Assembly (NCBI RefSeq): GCF_009914755.1
Contig: NC_060930.1
DNA length: 64,000 nt
DNA from: the human T2T-CHM13v2.0 reference genome, Homo sapiens
Strand: one strand, 5' to 3'
Within the stretch, counting starts at the first letter, position 1, and every line of letters starts with the position of its first letter. Shown piece by piece: positions 44,435-57,960 of this stretch. The position numbers and the translations under genes were made by a program. The notes under the pieces were generated by a model that made no database searches, was not told where the DNA came from, and saw only the letters and a list, made by a program, of their open reading frames with translations.

Positions 44435-44640
44435 AGCCCCCACGTTGTCCAATATTCTGTTGTTATAACTACATGTGGTTGTTTAAATATAAATTAATTA
44501 AATAAAATTAAAAATTTGATTTTCCCTTTTATACTAGTCACCACTCAAGTGCTCAGTTGCCACATGTGACTAGTGGCTACTTCATTGGACAATCAAAAAG
44601 TATTTCCATCATTGCAGAAAACTGTTAGATAGCACTGATA
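44435..44640. mobile_element. MER33/MER3-like hAT DNA transposon
   Basis: caagtgctcagttgccacatgtgactagtggctac; ttccatcattgcagaaa. Confidence 0.7.
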
Positions 44641-44651
44641 GACAGACAGAC

Positions 44652-44685
<34 letters not shown>

Positions 44686-45474
44686 GCTCTGTGGTCATTA
44701 GGCAAGGACCATCAGAATAGCATGAAAGTAAAATGTCTGTCAGTGCAGAAGCCAATATGCCAAACTTTAACCTCCATACCCTAGTTTTAATTTCTGTATC
44801 AGGCTGTCTTATTGTCTTATTAAACTAATCTGTATTAAGATGATTTTTTCCTCCCAGAGGTATGTTAGTCATAGGTCACTAGATTGAGTGCCTAAGGAAG
44901 GCTGTAGCATCTCCTTCTATATAAAATAATTTGGAAACTGCCCCTTTTGGAAATTGGTAAGTAGAGTTATGAATTCTGAAAACTTCTTACATTTATTTTG
45001 CTCAAATAGAAAGATTTATAGATTTAGCAAAACTCACAGTCTATGTGGACAGTGCTAGCTTATTTGTACTTACTAGATCCTTATATGTTAGGTCCCAATG
45101 GGTTATTAACTAGGTAAGTCACTTATCTTCCCTGAGACTCAGTTTCTTTGACTATAAAATGGGAATTATAACATCAATGTCACAGATTTGTTATAAAGAA
45201 AGATTAAATATGATGTTGTATAGGAAAGTGTAGCCTTCATGGAAGTGGGCAAGAAATGATTAAAGAGTAACCACAGTTGCAAGTCAGGTGGAGTGTTAAA
45301 GATTCTAATGACTTCTGCACTTCAATCTAGGAATGGCTTTTGCCACCAAAGAGCCAGAAGCTTGCAGAAAATTCCTCTTACCACAAAGAGTGCAGAGCAG
45401 AAATCCAATTCACAAGTAATCATTGGTGGAATGGATTTTGTGAGATATGATTCTGTGATCTTCAAAAGCTGCCA

Positions 45475-45950
45475 GTGAAGAGATATTTGTACACCTGTGT
45501 TCCTAGTAGCACTATTCACGATTGCCAAAAGGTGTAAACCACCCAAATGTCCATTGATGGAGGAATGAACAAAATATGGTATATACAATGGATTATTCAA
45601 CCTTGAAAAGGAAAGAAATTCTGATACTTGCTGCAACATGGATGAACCTTGAAGCCATTATGCTAAGTTAAATAAGCCAGTCAAAGGGCAAACACTGTAT
45701 GACTCCACTTATGTGAGCATCCTAAAGTAGTCAAATTCATAGAGATAGAAAGTAGAATGGTATTGCCAGTGCCAAGTAGAATGGTTGTGGGGATGAGAGA
45801 ATGGGGAGTTGTTTGGTGGGCAGTTTCAGTTTTGTAAGATGAAAAGTATTCTGGAGATTGGTTGCACAATAATGTGAATGTACTTAACATTACACATTAC
45901 ACTTAGAAATGGTTAAGATTGTAAATATGTGTTTTTCACAATTTTTGAAA
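45475..45950 (+). mobile_element. L1MA/MB 3' end
   Basis: gcaacatggatgaaccttgaagccattatgctaag; ggttgcacaataatgtgaatgtacttaa. Confidence 0.85.
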
Positions 45951-46163
45951 AGCTGCATAATTTATATTACTATAAAGGTGGCAGACTCCATTTTGGGGGA
46001 AGACTTCTTTTGCAGGTGGAGGGGACACTAATAGATTTTAATTGTGCATAACAGGCCCAGAATCCTGCTCTGATGATAATATAAAAACCTCCTCTCATTG
46101 TGGATAGAACACTGGTGTGCAATGTCATGTTGGAGCCTGAGGCAAAAGGATAAATATGTACCC

Positions 46164-46165
<2 letters not shown>

Positions 46166-46230
<65 letters not shown>

Positions 46231-46407
46231 TATATAGTAGCTATATATATATATACACATATATATAGTAGCTGTATATATATAGTAGCTATATATATAT
46301 ATATACACACACACAATAGCAAGAAAGACAGTTACTTAGATATTATATGAGAAAAAGGAGAGCAAAATCTTGTGTGTATATATATATACACACACACATA
46401 CACACAA
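46166..46407. repeat. Compound (TA)n/(CA)n microsatellite containing a 59-bp unique insert
   Basis: Directly visible. Confidence 0.95.
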
Positions 46408-46905
46408 AGTACCCTCCCCCATATTTTGAACCAAATAGAAAAAGTTCTGCCATTCAAAAATATGACTAAATATAAAGCATTATATTGTCCAATCTGTTCA
46501 CACACCATCATCACCCCTTATCAACCCGCCTAGCTCTGTGGGCTCAGGAACCTTGAGCTAATCAACAACTATGCTTTATTGCACAAAAATGCAGAGTTGC
46601 AAAACAAACAGCCTGTTTTTATTTAAACTATTGCTATTTTATTATCGATTTTAGCATTAATTTTAATTTTTAAAATATTGCATTAACATATTATTGCTCT
46701 TAATTGTTAACTCTTTTGGTGTTCCGTTAAAACTTGTGGCCTCATGCATCATTGCCTTACTCTCATTCTGGCCCTGTGCCTAGAGATTATCGTGAGCTTA
46801 ACTCCAATTCTCCTACGGCTATAGCTAAGAAATAATGATGGAGTTGTGGGCTTTATGATGGAGAGAGTCAAGGGAACTGTTTGTTCAAGTGGGAGGCCGA
46901 CCCAG

Positions 46906-47262
46906 TGCTATGGTCTGAATGTCCCCTCAAAATTCTTACGTTGAAACCTAACTACCAGGGTGATGTATTAGGAGGTGGGGCTTTTGGGAGATGGTTAGGT
47001 CATTAGGGCAGAACTCTCATGAGTGGAATCAGTATCCTTCTTACAAGAGATCCCAGAGAGTTGCCTTGTCCCTTCTCCCATTGGAGAACACAGCAAGATG
47101 ATGGCTGTCTACAAACCAGGAAGCAGGCCCTCACTAGACACTGAATTCATCAGTGCCCTGATCTTGGACTTCCCAGCCTCCAGCACTGTGAGGAGTAAAA
47201 GTTGTTTACAAGCCACCTAGCTTATGGTATTTTTGGTACAGCAGCTGAAACAAACTAAGACA
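46906..47262 (+). mobile_element. MLT1A-like MaLR solo LTR
   Basis: tgctatggtctgaatg...aaactaagaca; TSD (c/g)ccag. Confidence 0.9.
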
Positions 47263-49757
47263 GCCAGTAACTTGGAGACACTGGTGGGAGTGGGAGAAGG
47301 TGGGTAGAAGGATGACCAGGGATCGTCCTATGAAAAGGCCATGACTGAAAGGTTTCAGGAGCAATGGGATCTGAGGACAACTCAGGCACAGACTTTCCTT
47401 TCTGCATTGCAGGTCTTTGACCTTATTTTCAAGTCTTCAGTAAAGTTTCTTAAATGCTACAGTGATTCTTGGGAGAATGAAGAGCAAAACCAGAAACCAC
47501 AGAGTGACAGATTGGCCTGGAGAAAGCTACAATAGCAAGAAAGACAGTTACTTAGATATTATATGAGAAAAAGGAGAGCAAAATCTTATTATTCAAGCCA
47601 CATGCATGAACTGCATACTTCCTTGCCACCAATTAAAATTGCAAGTCCTACAGGCCCCCAAACTCAGGCACAGATGCAAGAACTGGACTTGATTGTAAAA
47701 CCACACCCTGTGGTCATTAGATAACTAAGTCATTAGATAACTATGTCTGGAATGAAGGAAGAAACAGGCCAAATAGACAGAAAAAGAAGTTACTGGGATT
47801 TATGAAATCAGATAAAATAATTGGTATCTGGAATTATATTCTAAATGAAAAAAACCACATGGGATTTGAAACGTAGAAACAGGGCAACTTCAGAAACACC
47901 AGACTGATGTGAATTGGAGCATATTTATAGTTCTTCAGTTTCCACAGGCCAGCACACTGAGTAACTGAAAGACTGGATGGCTTTACTAGAAATTGAGGCT
48001 TTCTATTAAATAAGAAACACAAGAAAAGTCAGTCAAAAATTAAGTTTTTAATGGCATTTAAATTGTATTTCTGAACTGAAGAAAATCTATATTAATCAAG
48101 ATTAGACAATCTACACTAGACAAATTGTACCTATTGTACCTGAAAGAAGGTCATCACGGGCAGACTTCAGAAGGTGGAGTACACGTGGCATGACCTAAAA
48201 TTCACTTACAGGAATTTCATAAGTTCAAAATACTTACTAAGTGGAAATTAAAGATTGCTATAAATATTGCTGGGGCTCTTAGACTATGAAGAATACATCA
48301 CTTCTATATGTCCAGAAGAGGCACAGCAGAGACGCTGGGAGCAGTGGAGACGCTGAGTAGAACAATGTGAAGTGAAAAGCAGTATCTTCAAGAATGTGTG
48401 TGTCCACGCACTTGCTGTCACTCAGAACGGGGTCCCAGATTTGAGTCTCTGAATACTAAAGTGAAAAGTGGCAATTGATATTAGAAAACTCAAAAGGATG
48501 ATTATTTTAGGACAGGCTCACCTACAGTATATAAAATGATAAATAGACAACATAGATCCTGGAAAACCAGCAAAAAGCCAGGAGCCAGGTCCCTGAAGGG
48601 AACAAGACCCAGAGCAGATGATTTGCCTACATTAAGATTTGGCGTGAAATGCTTTCCCTCTCTATTTATATTCCTTGCATAGGTACCGACTATGAGAATC
48701 AGACACTACAACTTGGCTGCACGTGAGAGAGAAAAATGGAGATTTATCACTGGAATGACACTGTCTATAAGTTGTGACATATACATTCATGCTTAAGTGT
48801 TTAGCAAATTTTACTTAGTTCTCACATTATATGTTTTCACTTACTGTCAATGAATGACAACAAAACAAGATGCATAACATTCTGAATTAAAGAGCCCCTC
48901 TGGAGAATGCTAAAAAGATACCCCCAGCTGACAGAAATCCAAATTCTAGTAGTTAATCTAGAATAAGCAGACTAATTAAACAGTGTATCTGACTTAAGTG
49001 CCATCTATTTGAATCAGAATCATCTGGGATGCTTGTTAGAAACACACATCTCCAGGACCTAACCCAGACCCACCAAATCTGGGTTTAGGCATCTGCCTGT
49101 CAGCAACTTCCCTGGGTGATTCTTAGACACACAAGTGTGGGTGGAGCTTATTTTTTATAGCAAATACTAATAAAAGAGGGAATTCTCACTAAAATAAGTC
49201 ATTGAGATCTGAGATTTTTGCCCTTCTACAAGGGGTGGGGTAGCCTCCAACCTGGATCCTACCCCAGGGGCTCCATCAGCTGCACAATTGGTCTTTGAGG
49301 ACCAGATGACATCTGCCTCCTTGAGCCAAGCCCAGGATTTTTCTGAAGAGGGAAGAAAGTGGGCTGCCACAAGCCCCTGTGGCATGGCCAGATGGAGGCC
49401 CCGAGACCCTCCATTCTTCAGATTTTAACCTGGCACCCCAAGGAAAACCACAGGCAAAGTCCTAGGGAAATTCCCCTTCCCACCCTGCTATCTTACAAGC
49501 AGCAAACTCCCTCTGAAATGCCACATACCCTTACAGGTGTTATAACTGGAATTTTGGGAGACAAAGAACTACTCCAAATGTTGGGAAACAGGCCTTCCTG
49601 TGGGGTTTGTTCTTTAGCATGGAAGCAACAGGAGCATCTAATAAACTGCCCTCAGGAAGAATTTTTCTATGCTCTTAAGAACCACTAGCTTACACCCCAA
49701 ACATATGAAACTTCGAACAAACGTGTTGAATGTTTTTCTATTAAAGGAAATCGTTTA

Positions 49758-50085
<328 letters not shown>

Positions 50086-50299
50086 ATACAATGCCAATGT
50101 CAATGTTTTAGCTTTGGCAAATATTCCATGATAATGTAAGATATTAACAATGAGGGAAACTGGGTGAGAGGTATAAGGGAACTCTCTGAACTCGCTCGCT
50201 TTGCAATTTTAAATCATTTCAGATCATTCCAAACTAAAACGCTTATTAAATATAATAAACAAATGAGAATGACCTGCTGGTGCCTGCAGGTCTCCCAGG

Positions 50300-50470
50300 C
50301 GGGTTTATTTCCGATCCCACCTCTTCTTCAGGCTGTGGCCTCTCCCGCAGAAGCTCAGCCTCCATGAGTTGGAGATTCTCTCGCCGCAGCATCCCTCAGG
50401 ATGGAGTTTCGGCTTTCCTTCCCTCGGGGACTTTTTATACGCAGCCCGTGCGTAATCATTGGTGCACGTC
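50300..50470 (-). promoter_or_regulatory. Candidate promoter/enhancer (CCAAT plus TATAAAAA on the minus strand, locally CpG-rich)
   Basis: Reverse-complement CCAAT at 50458-50462 and TATAAAAA at 50432-50439; several retained CpGs. Motif evidence only. Confidence 0.3.
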
Positions 50471-51319
50471 CAGGCTGCTGCTTCTAGCCCCTGCCCCGCA
50501 GCTCTGTCTCCTGGGAAACCATTTCCATCTGGTTAAGACTCCAAGATTGAAATCATGTGGAGTTGATTTGCCTACATCTAAGATTTGGCTTGAAATGTAT
50601 TTCCTCTCTATTTATATTCTTTGCGTATATGTCTACCATAAGAACCACACAATATAAAGCACTGTGGGGAGGAGGTGTTAAAGAAAGATCTTTGGGCTCG
50701 TCGACTTGAGTTGAAATACTTCATAAGAGCACAGTTTAATTTTTTTTGGAAAGTAGGTTTTTAAAAATTATTTTCCACCGTGCTTATTTTCAGAGGTAAC
50801 AATTAAGAGGGATACATTTTTTTTTTTTAATTTTGAGTGTTGGACCTTTTAAAAACTCCCTGTTAAAAGAATATGAAGGAAGTAGGGGGAAATGTTCTCT
50901 TTGTGAACGAATTCTAAATGGAGTGCATTGTGTGAAGCTAAAGGAAAACTTCATTTGAGTAATATTCTAATTGTATTCTTCCGTATCGTGCAGGAGAAGA
51001 TGACAACCTGTATTTTACTGCTCAAAAAAGAAAATACAAGGCTCAACTTGTTTCTGATGCAGAACTCAGGAGCTCCTAAAAGAGCAAGTGGAATGAAATG
51101 TTTCCTTTTTGATTTTCTTCTCTTTTGAAACCATTCACCCATTGTTTATTTGGAAATAGCTTATGTGGCATGCAGAATCCATGAACACAAAAACTGAACA
51201 TTTATTTATCCAGCATATTACACATACTGTGATTGCTTCAAGCTGTGTGAGGCGTGGCCTGTGCCAATGCAAGATTCAATTAGAATTCTGAGATATGTTA
51301 AAATAGCTTTGGTATAAGG

Positions 51320-51550
51320 CAGTGGAACTTAATCAGGAGTGATTTTGTTCCCCCTTCTCCCCCATTTGGCAGTGTCTAAATGCAATTATCATTGTCACAA
51401 CTGTGGGTACAGTGATGGAAATGGTGCTAATGGCATCTAGTGGGTAGAGACCACGGATGCTGCTAAACATCCCACAATGCACAGAGCAGCCCCCCGACAA
51501 CGAAGAATTATCCTACATGAAATGTCAACAGCGCCAAGGTGAGAAACTCT
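51320..51550. mobile_element. MER20 hAT DNA transposon
   Basis: ggcatctagtgggtagagacc...gctgctaaacatcccacaatgcacag...aatgtcaacagcgccaaggtgagaaac. Confidence 0.85.
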
Positions 51551-51897
51551 GAGTGTTATTAGTGTGGTGCTCTCTGTGTGATACAAACCAGGTGCTCTGG
51601 CAGAGCAAAGAAAGAAAGATCACATCCACTCGGGATGATCAAAGATTTCAAGAATTCTTTAAGTGGGTTTTTCTGTGGTCCAGAATGCCTAATTTTTCTG
51701 AGTCTTAGAGGTCCTCTAGTGTCCCTAAATATTGTATTTCTGTATGTCAGTCACTACGTTGTCAGTGAAAAGCCTTGCTTGGCCCAGTAACTCGACATCT
51801 CTGTATTTCATTTTTTTCCACTGAAGAGTGAGATTTGATTCAGAGGCCCGAGGTCTCTCCTGGCTTTGAACAAGTGACAGTTCTCACTGTTTAAAAA

Positions 51898-52032
51898 AAT
51901 TTTTTTTTAAATAGAGACAGGGGTTTCACCTTGTTGTACAGGCTGGCCTTGAACTCCTAGGCTCAAGTGATCCTCCCACCTACAGCCTCCCAAAGTGCTG
52001 GGATTATAAGCATAAGCTACCACACCTGGCTG
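51898..52032 (-). mobile_element. FLAM / Alu left monomer
   Basis: agagacaggggtttcacc...ccaaagtgctgggatta. Confidence 0.85.
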
Positions 52033-52061
52033 AGAATTCTCATTTTTAACTTTCTACCTGG

Positions 52062-52396
52062 TGGCCCTATGTATGGCAGATGCACCTGACAGCAATAATT
52101 TAACTTAAGCATACTCTGTATGGCAGATGCACCTGACAGCATAATTTCACTTATGATATGAGGGTTGCCATGTGGAGGTTGTGTGGAAGGAGGTGGGGTT
52201 GGGGGAAGGAGTGTTAAGGAAAAATGCTATATAAACAGCACGCTTTTTTAAAGTGATGGTTGTTCTTCTGACCAGCCCACTGCCACTGGACTGCCCTGTA
52301 AGTTCCCAAATAAATTCTATGTTTCACCTGCTGGCTCCATGTCTCTTCTTCAGTCTTGTGAACCTGGTGCCATCCCTATTGAAGTTAATAAGGGTC
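52062..52396 (+). mobile_element. ERV1-type LTR fragment (MER50-like)
   Basis: Duplicated tgtatggcagatgcacctgacagca; tatataaa, then cccactgccactggac, then aataaa. Confidence 0.6.
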
Positions 52397-53067
52397 ATAT
52401 AATCCATAAGGCAGGATTCTCAGTCATTTGTGGGTAATGCTCTCCTTTGAAAATCTATCACCCCCTAACATGCATGTAACACAACATTTTGCTTATAGTT
52501 TCAGGAGATCTATAGGCCCCTGAAGCCCATTTCTGGCCCTTCTAAGAGAACGTGAACTCCAGATTCAACATTTCTGTTCCAAATGTTCCTGAGCAACAAA
52601 ATTTTCTAGGTCTACCTCATCCCTTGGAACCTGATCCAACTGTGTTCCCAAAACTACCAGACTCTCTCTTCCATGCCACATTCATCTGTTTCTTGTTTTT
52701 CTATCATGAAATTTTGTATTTTGCTACTGCTTTTTTACCAAAATTCCTTTAGATAATCTCACGGCTTTGCCGAAATCCAATTCACAATGCTCTGTCTAAC
52801 CCACGAGGATGGACTATAACTACTTCCTCCCAATCCTAGACAATGTTTCTGATGTGTTCCTTTAAGCTCCGGGAGCTGCCAGTGAATGTGTACCTAAGGC
52901 CCTAGGGAAAGAATCCCTGCTTTAAAGAGCTTAAGAAAGACCATGAGGGAAGTCTTCTCTTAACCCTCAGTGACATCAAGATGCACAGAAAATGCTGACA
53001 CTACCCAGAAAAGAGTTGCCAAGATCCCCTTTGCTCCTGTGAACAGACTCTGAAGACCTTAGAGCTA

Positions 53068-53330
53068 TACAGTTCAATAAGGTAGCCACTAGCCACACAT
53101 GGCTCCCCAGCCCTTAAAATGTGACTAGTTGGAAGTGAGATGCGCTCTAAATATAAAATATCACCAGATTTTGAATACGTTGTATAACAAAGGAATATAA
53201 ATATTTCACTAACAATTTTCACATTGATTATGTGTGGGAATGATGATACTTTAGATACAACTGGATTAAATGAAATATACTATTAAATTTAACTATTTCT
53301 TTTGCTTTTTTTGGCTACTAGGAAATTTCA
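53068..53330. mobile_element. MER33-like hAT DNA transposon
   Basis: gtagccactagccacacatggc...taaaatatcaccagattttgaa. Confidence 0.75.
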
Positions 53331-54002
53331 TATGACCAACCAGTAACGCTGCAGGCACACATAAATATGCTTTTACTGTTAGCCACAGTGGGCCCCCCCA
53401 ACAGGAGTTCATTCTCAATGGTGGAATACGTGTGCTGAGACTATGTTGATATCAAAATTTTACCTACCAGTTTTATCATCCATTGATATTTCTTAGCTCA
53501 ATTATTACTTTGGTGGTTGCCAAATGGTGATTTCCTAATTCCTACATTCCTTCTATTTATTAGTTGGAATCCTACTGCAAGGGAAAGAAACCTTTTCTTC
53601 TCCCCATGTATTTATTTATATTAGTATGGACTTGTAGGTTACTAGTTTATGCAATGGGATATAATCTGTTACTGTCATTATTTATTTTGAAGCTAAATTG
53701 TCCCAGATTTCACCAATGAAAACCTCATTAAACCTAACTCACTCCCATGTCCTTTTGACTTGATCCCATCATTCTTTGCTCACTTTCTCACTTTCTGGCA
53801 CAAGATGTTCCAGGATCACTTTCCCTGTGACTGTCTTGAGATCAGCCATTTCTCTAGAAAGCCCTGGTTCCTTTTAATGGAGTGTGATATTTAAATACCT
53901 ATATCTGGGTACCGGGTGTGCTCACGGCTATTGGAGTGTTGCAGATACTCCTAGGCCCTCTCAGTGGACAGAGCTGAGGAATATATGTATGTATCTACAT
54001 AT

Positions 54003-54757
54003 AGATTCATCCCTCAGTATCTGTGGGGCCTTGGTTCCAGGACCCCTCCCCAGATACCAAAATCCATGGATGCTCAAGATTCTTATATAAAATGGCATAG
54101 TGTCTGCATATAACCTACACACATCCTCCTGTATACCCTAGATTACTTATAATACCTAATATGGTGTGATATGATTTGGTTCTGTGTCCCCATCAAATTT
54201 AATGTCGAATTGTAATCCCCAGCGTTGGAGGTGGGGCCTCGTGAGAGGTGAACGTGATCATAGGGGTGGTCCTTCGTGAATGGCTTAGCACAATCCCCTC
54301 AGTGCTGTTCTCATGATAGGTACTAAGTGAGTTACTATGAGATCTGTTTGTTTAAAGTGTATAGACTGCACCTCCCCACTGTCTCTTCCTCCTACTCTGG
54401 CCAGGTGAAGTATTTGCTCTCCCTTTGCCCTCCACCATGATCGTAAGTTTCCTGAGGCCTCCCCAAAAGCTGATGTCACCATACCTGTACGGAATCATGG
54501 GCCTATGGAACCGTGAGCCAGTTAGCCTCTTTTCTTTATAAATTACCCAGTCTCAGGTATTTCCTCATAGCAGTGTGAGAACAAACTAGTAAACAGTGTA
54601 AATGCTTTGTAAATAGTTGTTAGTTAAACTGTACTGTTTTGGGAATAATGACAAAGAAAAGAGTCTGTATGTATTCAGTACAGAGGCAGCCATCCATTTT
54701 TTAAAAATATCTTTAATCCACAGATGCAGAACCCATGAGTGTAGAGGGCTGGACTGT
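54003..54757. mobile_element. MER2 (TcMar-Tigger) split by MSTA
   Basis: tccctcagtatctgtgggg...ccaaaatccatggatgctcaag and gcagaacccatgagtgtagagggctggactg. Confidence 0.85.
54167..54594 (+). mobile_element. MSTA MaLR solo LTR
   Basis: tgatatgatttggttctgtgtcccc...ataaattacccagtctcaggtattt. Confidence 0.9.
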
Positions 54758-56449
54758 ATACATGAATACATATTGACATCTTTATTTCTATATCTATATA
54801 TCCAAATATATTTTGAAAATCATGAGTTTACACTGATACCTCTAGTTTGAATCCGATAACACAGGTTCATTCTAGTTTACTCCCTTTTCATATTTATACC
54901 TTTCTTCTCTGACAGTGAGAAATCAGGCTTCCTTTATCCTCAGTATATTCACTTACTGGCTAATTTCCCCTCCCCATTGCCTATAAACTACTCATCTCCC
55001 ATTGGTGCTGCCACCACAATCCCTCAATCTCATATGCATATGGGTGACCTCCTCACTCCACTTGGTCTCTGACATCCTGTGTGAGCTCCCTGTCACTGCC
55101 CTCCCCCCCATATGGGTGCTCTTCTCACCCCTCTTTGGCTTAAAAACCCAATTCTGGGTTGCTACTGATACACCCAAACCCAGACACAGATGCCCTCCTC
55201 ACTCCACTGGGGCTGCAATCCCTCAGACTGGGCTGCTGCCACTCCTGCCCAAGACCTACCTCACTCTGCCCTTCTTAATGACTTTGAACTGAACTAATCA
55301 AGGAGGAAGGAAGGAAGGCACGAATCAACTAAAATATCTTTGAGACAATTTGGAACATAAGTAAATCTATTTTATAGCTCTTTAGAACAGCTAAAATGTT
55401 CTTCATGATCTCACCTGGTCTACTTATGGTGGAGTCAGGTGAGTGCGCTGGAATAGTGTGCTCTTAATGTACAAGCATATGCTTTCAATTTACAAGAGGA
55501 AGCCTTCACTGAAAATTCCACTGTCAAGCAGCACTGATACATGGCCTTGTAAAAAGAAAGCTCTGTTTATTGGAGTCAACACAATTATTGTATCCAGGGT
55601 AAAGACTTTTTTTAAATGAAATCTCCTAAAATGATCTTTGAGTTCGAGTCATAGTAAGGAATTGATGAGTCGTGCCAAGGAGGCCTATAATGTTATAGAA
55701 GACAAGCTGGGTAGAAAGTATTTCTCTCTCAGAATGAATTGATACCTGTAGCAACACCACATCTAATAGAAAAACAATGTTAAAGCATCTCAAAGCACTA
55801 CTGAAAAATGAAAAACATTACTATAGTGAAAAAATATTGAAAGAATAATTAGAAATACAAGCACCAGCACATATAACTACTTCTAAATAATGTATATAAC
55901 AATTTTTGGTAATGGTGGCCAGTCTACTTATGTGTAGACTGAGAAAGAAATATAAATATATGTATCTATGTACATCCTTCAAAATATATAGAAACTGTGA
56001 CTATTTTAACTATTTGTGTCCTAAAACTAAAAGGTACAGCATTAAAAATATAGAATTTTTTTCTATCAAAGTGACATATAATCACTATAATAAATATGAT
56101 ACAGGAGAAAGAGAAAAATGCAATCATGTATTGCATTTTTTAATTAAATTAAACTTCTGCCACCCAGGTTTAACTCTATCTAATATTTTGGTATATTTCC
56201 TTTCAATCATATTGTCTGTTTTCAGAAATGGGATCATGCTATACATACTGCTTATGTTTTGAATTTTTTCCCAATGACACATCATAAACATTTTCCCATC
56301 ACCTTGGATATTTGATAACATAATTTTAATGGCTATGTAGTATTTTGTTGTATAGACACACCATAATTTATTTAACCAATTTTCTATTGTCGGGTATTTA
56401 AGTGGTTTCTAATTTTGGACATTACAAATGATGTGGGGGGGGGGGTTGG

Positions 56450-56743
56450 GTTATTTTATTTTATTTTTTTCTGAGACAGGGTCTTGCTCCATCACTCAGG
56501 CCTGAGTGCAGTGGTGTGATCTAGGCTCACTGCAACCTCCACCTCCCAGGCTCAAGCAATCTCCAAGTAGCTGGGACTACAGGCACATGCCACCATTCCC
56601 AGATACATTTTTCAAAATATTTTTAGTAGAGATAGGATTTCACCACGTGCCTAGGCTGGTCTCAAACTCCTGGGCTCAAGCAATCCACCTGCCTCAGCCT
56701 CCCAAAGTGCTGGGATTACAGGCATGGGTCACCACGCTTGGTC
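56450..56743 (-). mobile_element. AluJ within an old L1ME
   Basis: Alu consensus; L1ME-like flanks. Confidence 0.9.
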
Positions 56744-57661
56744 AAAAATGTTTTAATAAACAACTGTATATAAATCTTTGCTTGCATCTATGATTATTTC
56801 TTCAGAATAAACGTTTAGTAGCAGAAATTGAGTTGCTAGAGCAAATAGTGTTGTGCAAAATTATGTTAACAGATCAATAGGATATGCAGAAGAGTAATAT
56901 ACTTTCCTAAAGTATGTGACAGTTGTTGATAAATATAATTAATTTGAATTGTCAGTGTTTTGGTTGAATTGTGTGCTTAACAATCTCTAGGAAAACTAAA
57001 GAACAAACTGTCTGCCAAAAGTCTCAGAGAAACAGGATTATTACTTTGATGCTGGTTCCAAGGGCCTCCCTTAGCTTTCCTGGTAATAAATTATTGTCTC
57101 ATATCACACTGGCAGAGAAAACAGTAAAATATTTATTTTGGAATATCTGCTTTCTATCTGGCAGGGATTTGACATTTTAAAACCTTTTCAAAATATTTTA
57201 GAACCACAAAATACAGTAAGCTTTGAATTAAGAATTAATTAGGGTTTTCTTTATCCCTACTGTTTGATCAATTTTTCAAAAGCAAAAAAAAAAAAAGTGC
57301 TACACAGAATACAATTAACTGTTAGTTTTCAGTAATTTTAAAGTGTGCTGTTGCTTAGAAGGCAGACTGGATCAGATGACCTCTTGGGATCCTTTCGAGC
57401 TCAGTAATTCTAACTTTTATATTCAATGAGTTTTATCTTGCACTTATCACCCATTGCTCAACCTGGCCCTTTCCTCTTTACCACATATTTTCTTTATGTC
57501 TTAATTTTCCTTTTATACTCACAGAGGGTGTCTAACCCTTTATTGGTATAATTATGGAAATGTTTTTATGTGAACATTAATCTAACAATGAAGGAGACAA
57601 GAGCAGAATGCCAGGTTCAGTAATGCTTATGCAGTCATGAGCATGAAACACTCTTAGAACA

Positions 57662-57960
57662 TTTTATTTTATTTATTTACTTTTTTAAGACAGGGTCTTA
57701 CTCTTTTGCCCAAGCTGGAGTGTAGTAGCGCAATCTCGGCTCACTGCAAAACCCCCTCCCCGGCTCAAGGGATCCTCCCAAGTCAGCTTCCTGAGGAGCT
57801 GGGATTAGCATGTGTTACCACACCTGGCTAATTTTTGTATTTTTAGTAGAGCTGGGGTTTCATCATATTGGCCAGGCTGGTCTCAAACTCCTGACCTCAA
57901 GTGATCCATCCATCTCGGACTCCCAAAGTGCTAGGATTATAGGCATAAGCCACCATGCCT
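57662..57960 (-). mobile_element. Alu (J/S)
   Basis: TSD ctcttagaacatttta. Confidence 0.93.

Larger units (their letters stand above)
53460..55300 (-). mobile_element. L1MC4/5-type 3' region hosting nested MER2 and MSTA
   Basis: ggttgccaaatggtgattt; cagccatttctctagaaagccctggttcctttta; aggccctctcagtggacagagct. Confidence 0.75.

Noticed and set aside
45970-46350. YIYIYI/CVCV-rich ORFs
   Set aside because: Translations of (TA)n/(CA)n microsatellite.
47714-47743. 16-bp tandem duplication gtcattagataacta
   Set aside because: Ordinary slippage duplication.
52070-52150. Direct repeat tgtatggcagatgcacctgacagca resembling a repeat-spacer array
   Set aside because: Only two copies, inside an ERV1 LTR; eukaryotic context, not CRISPR.
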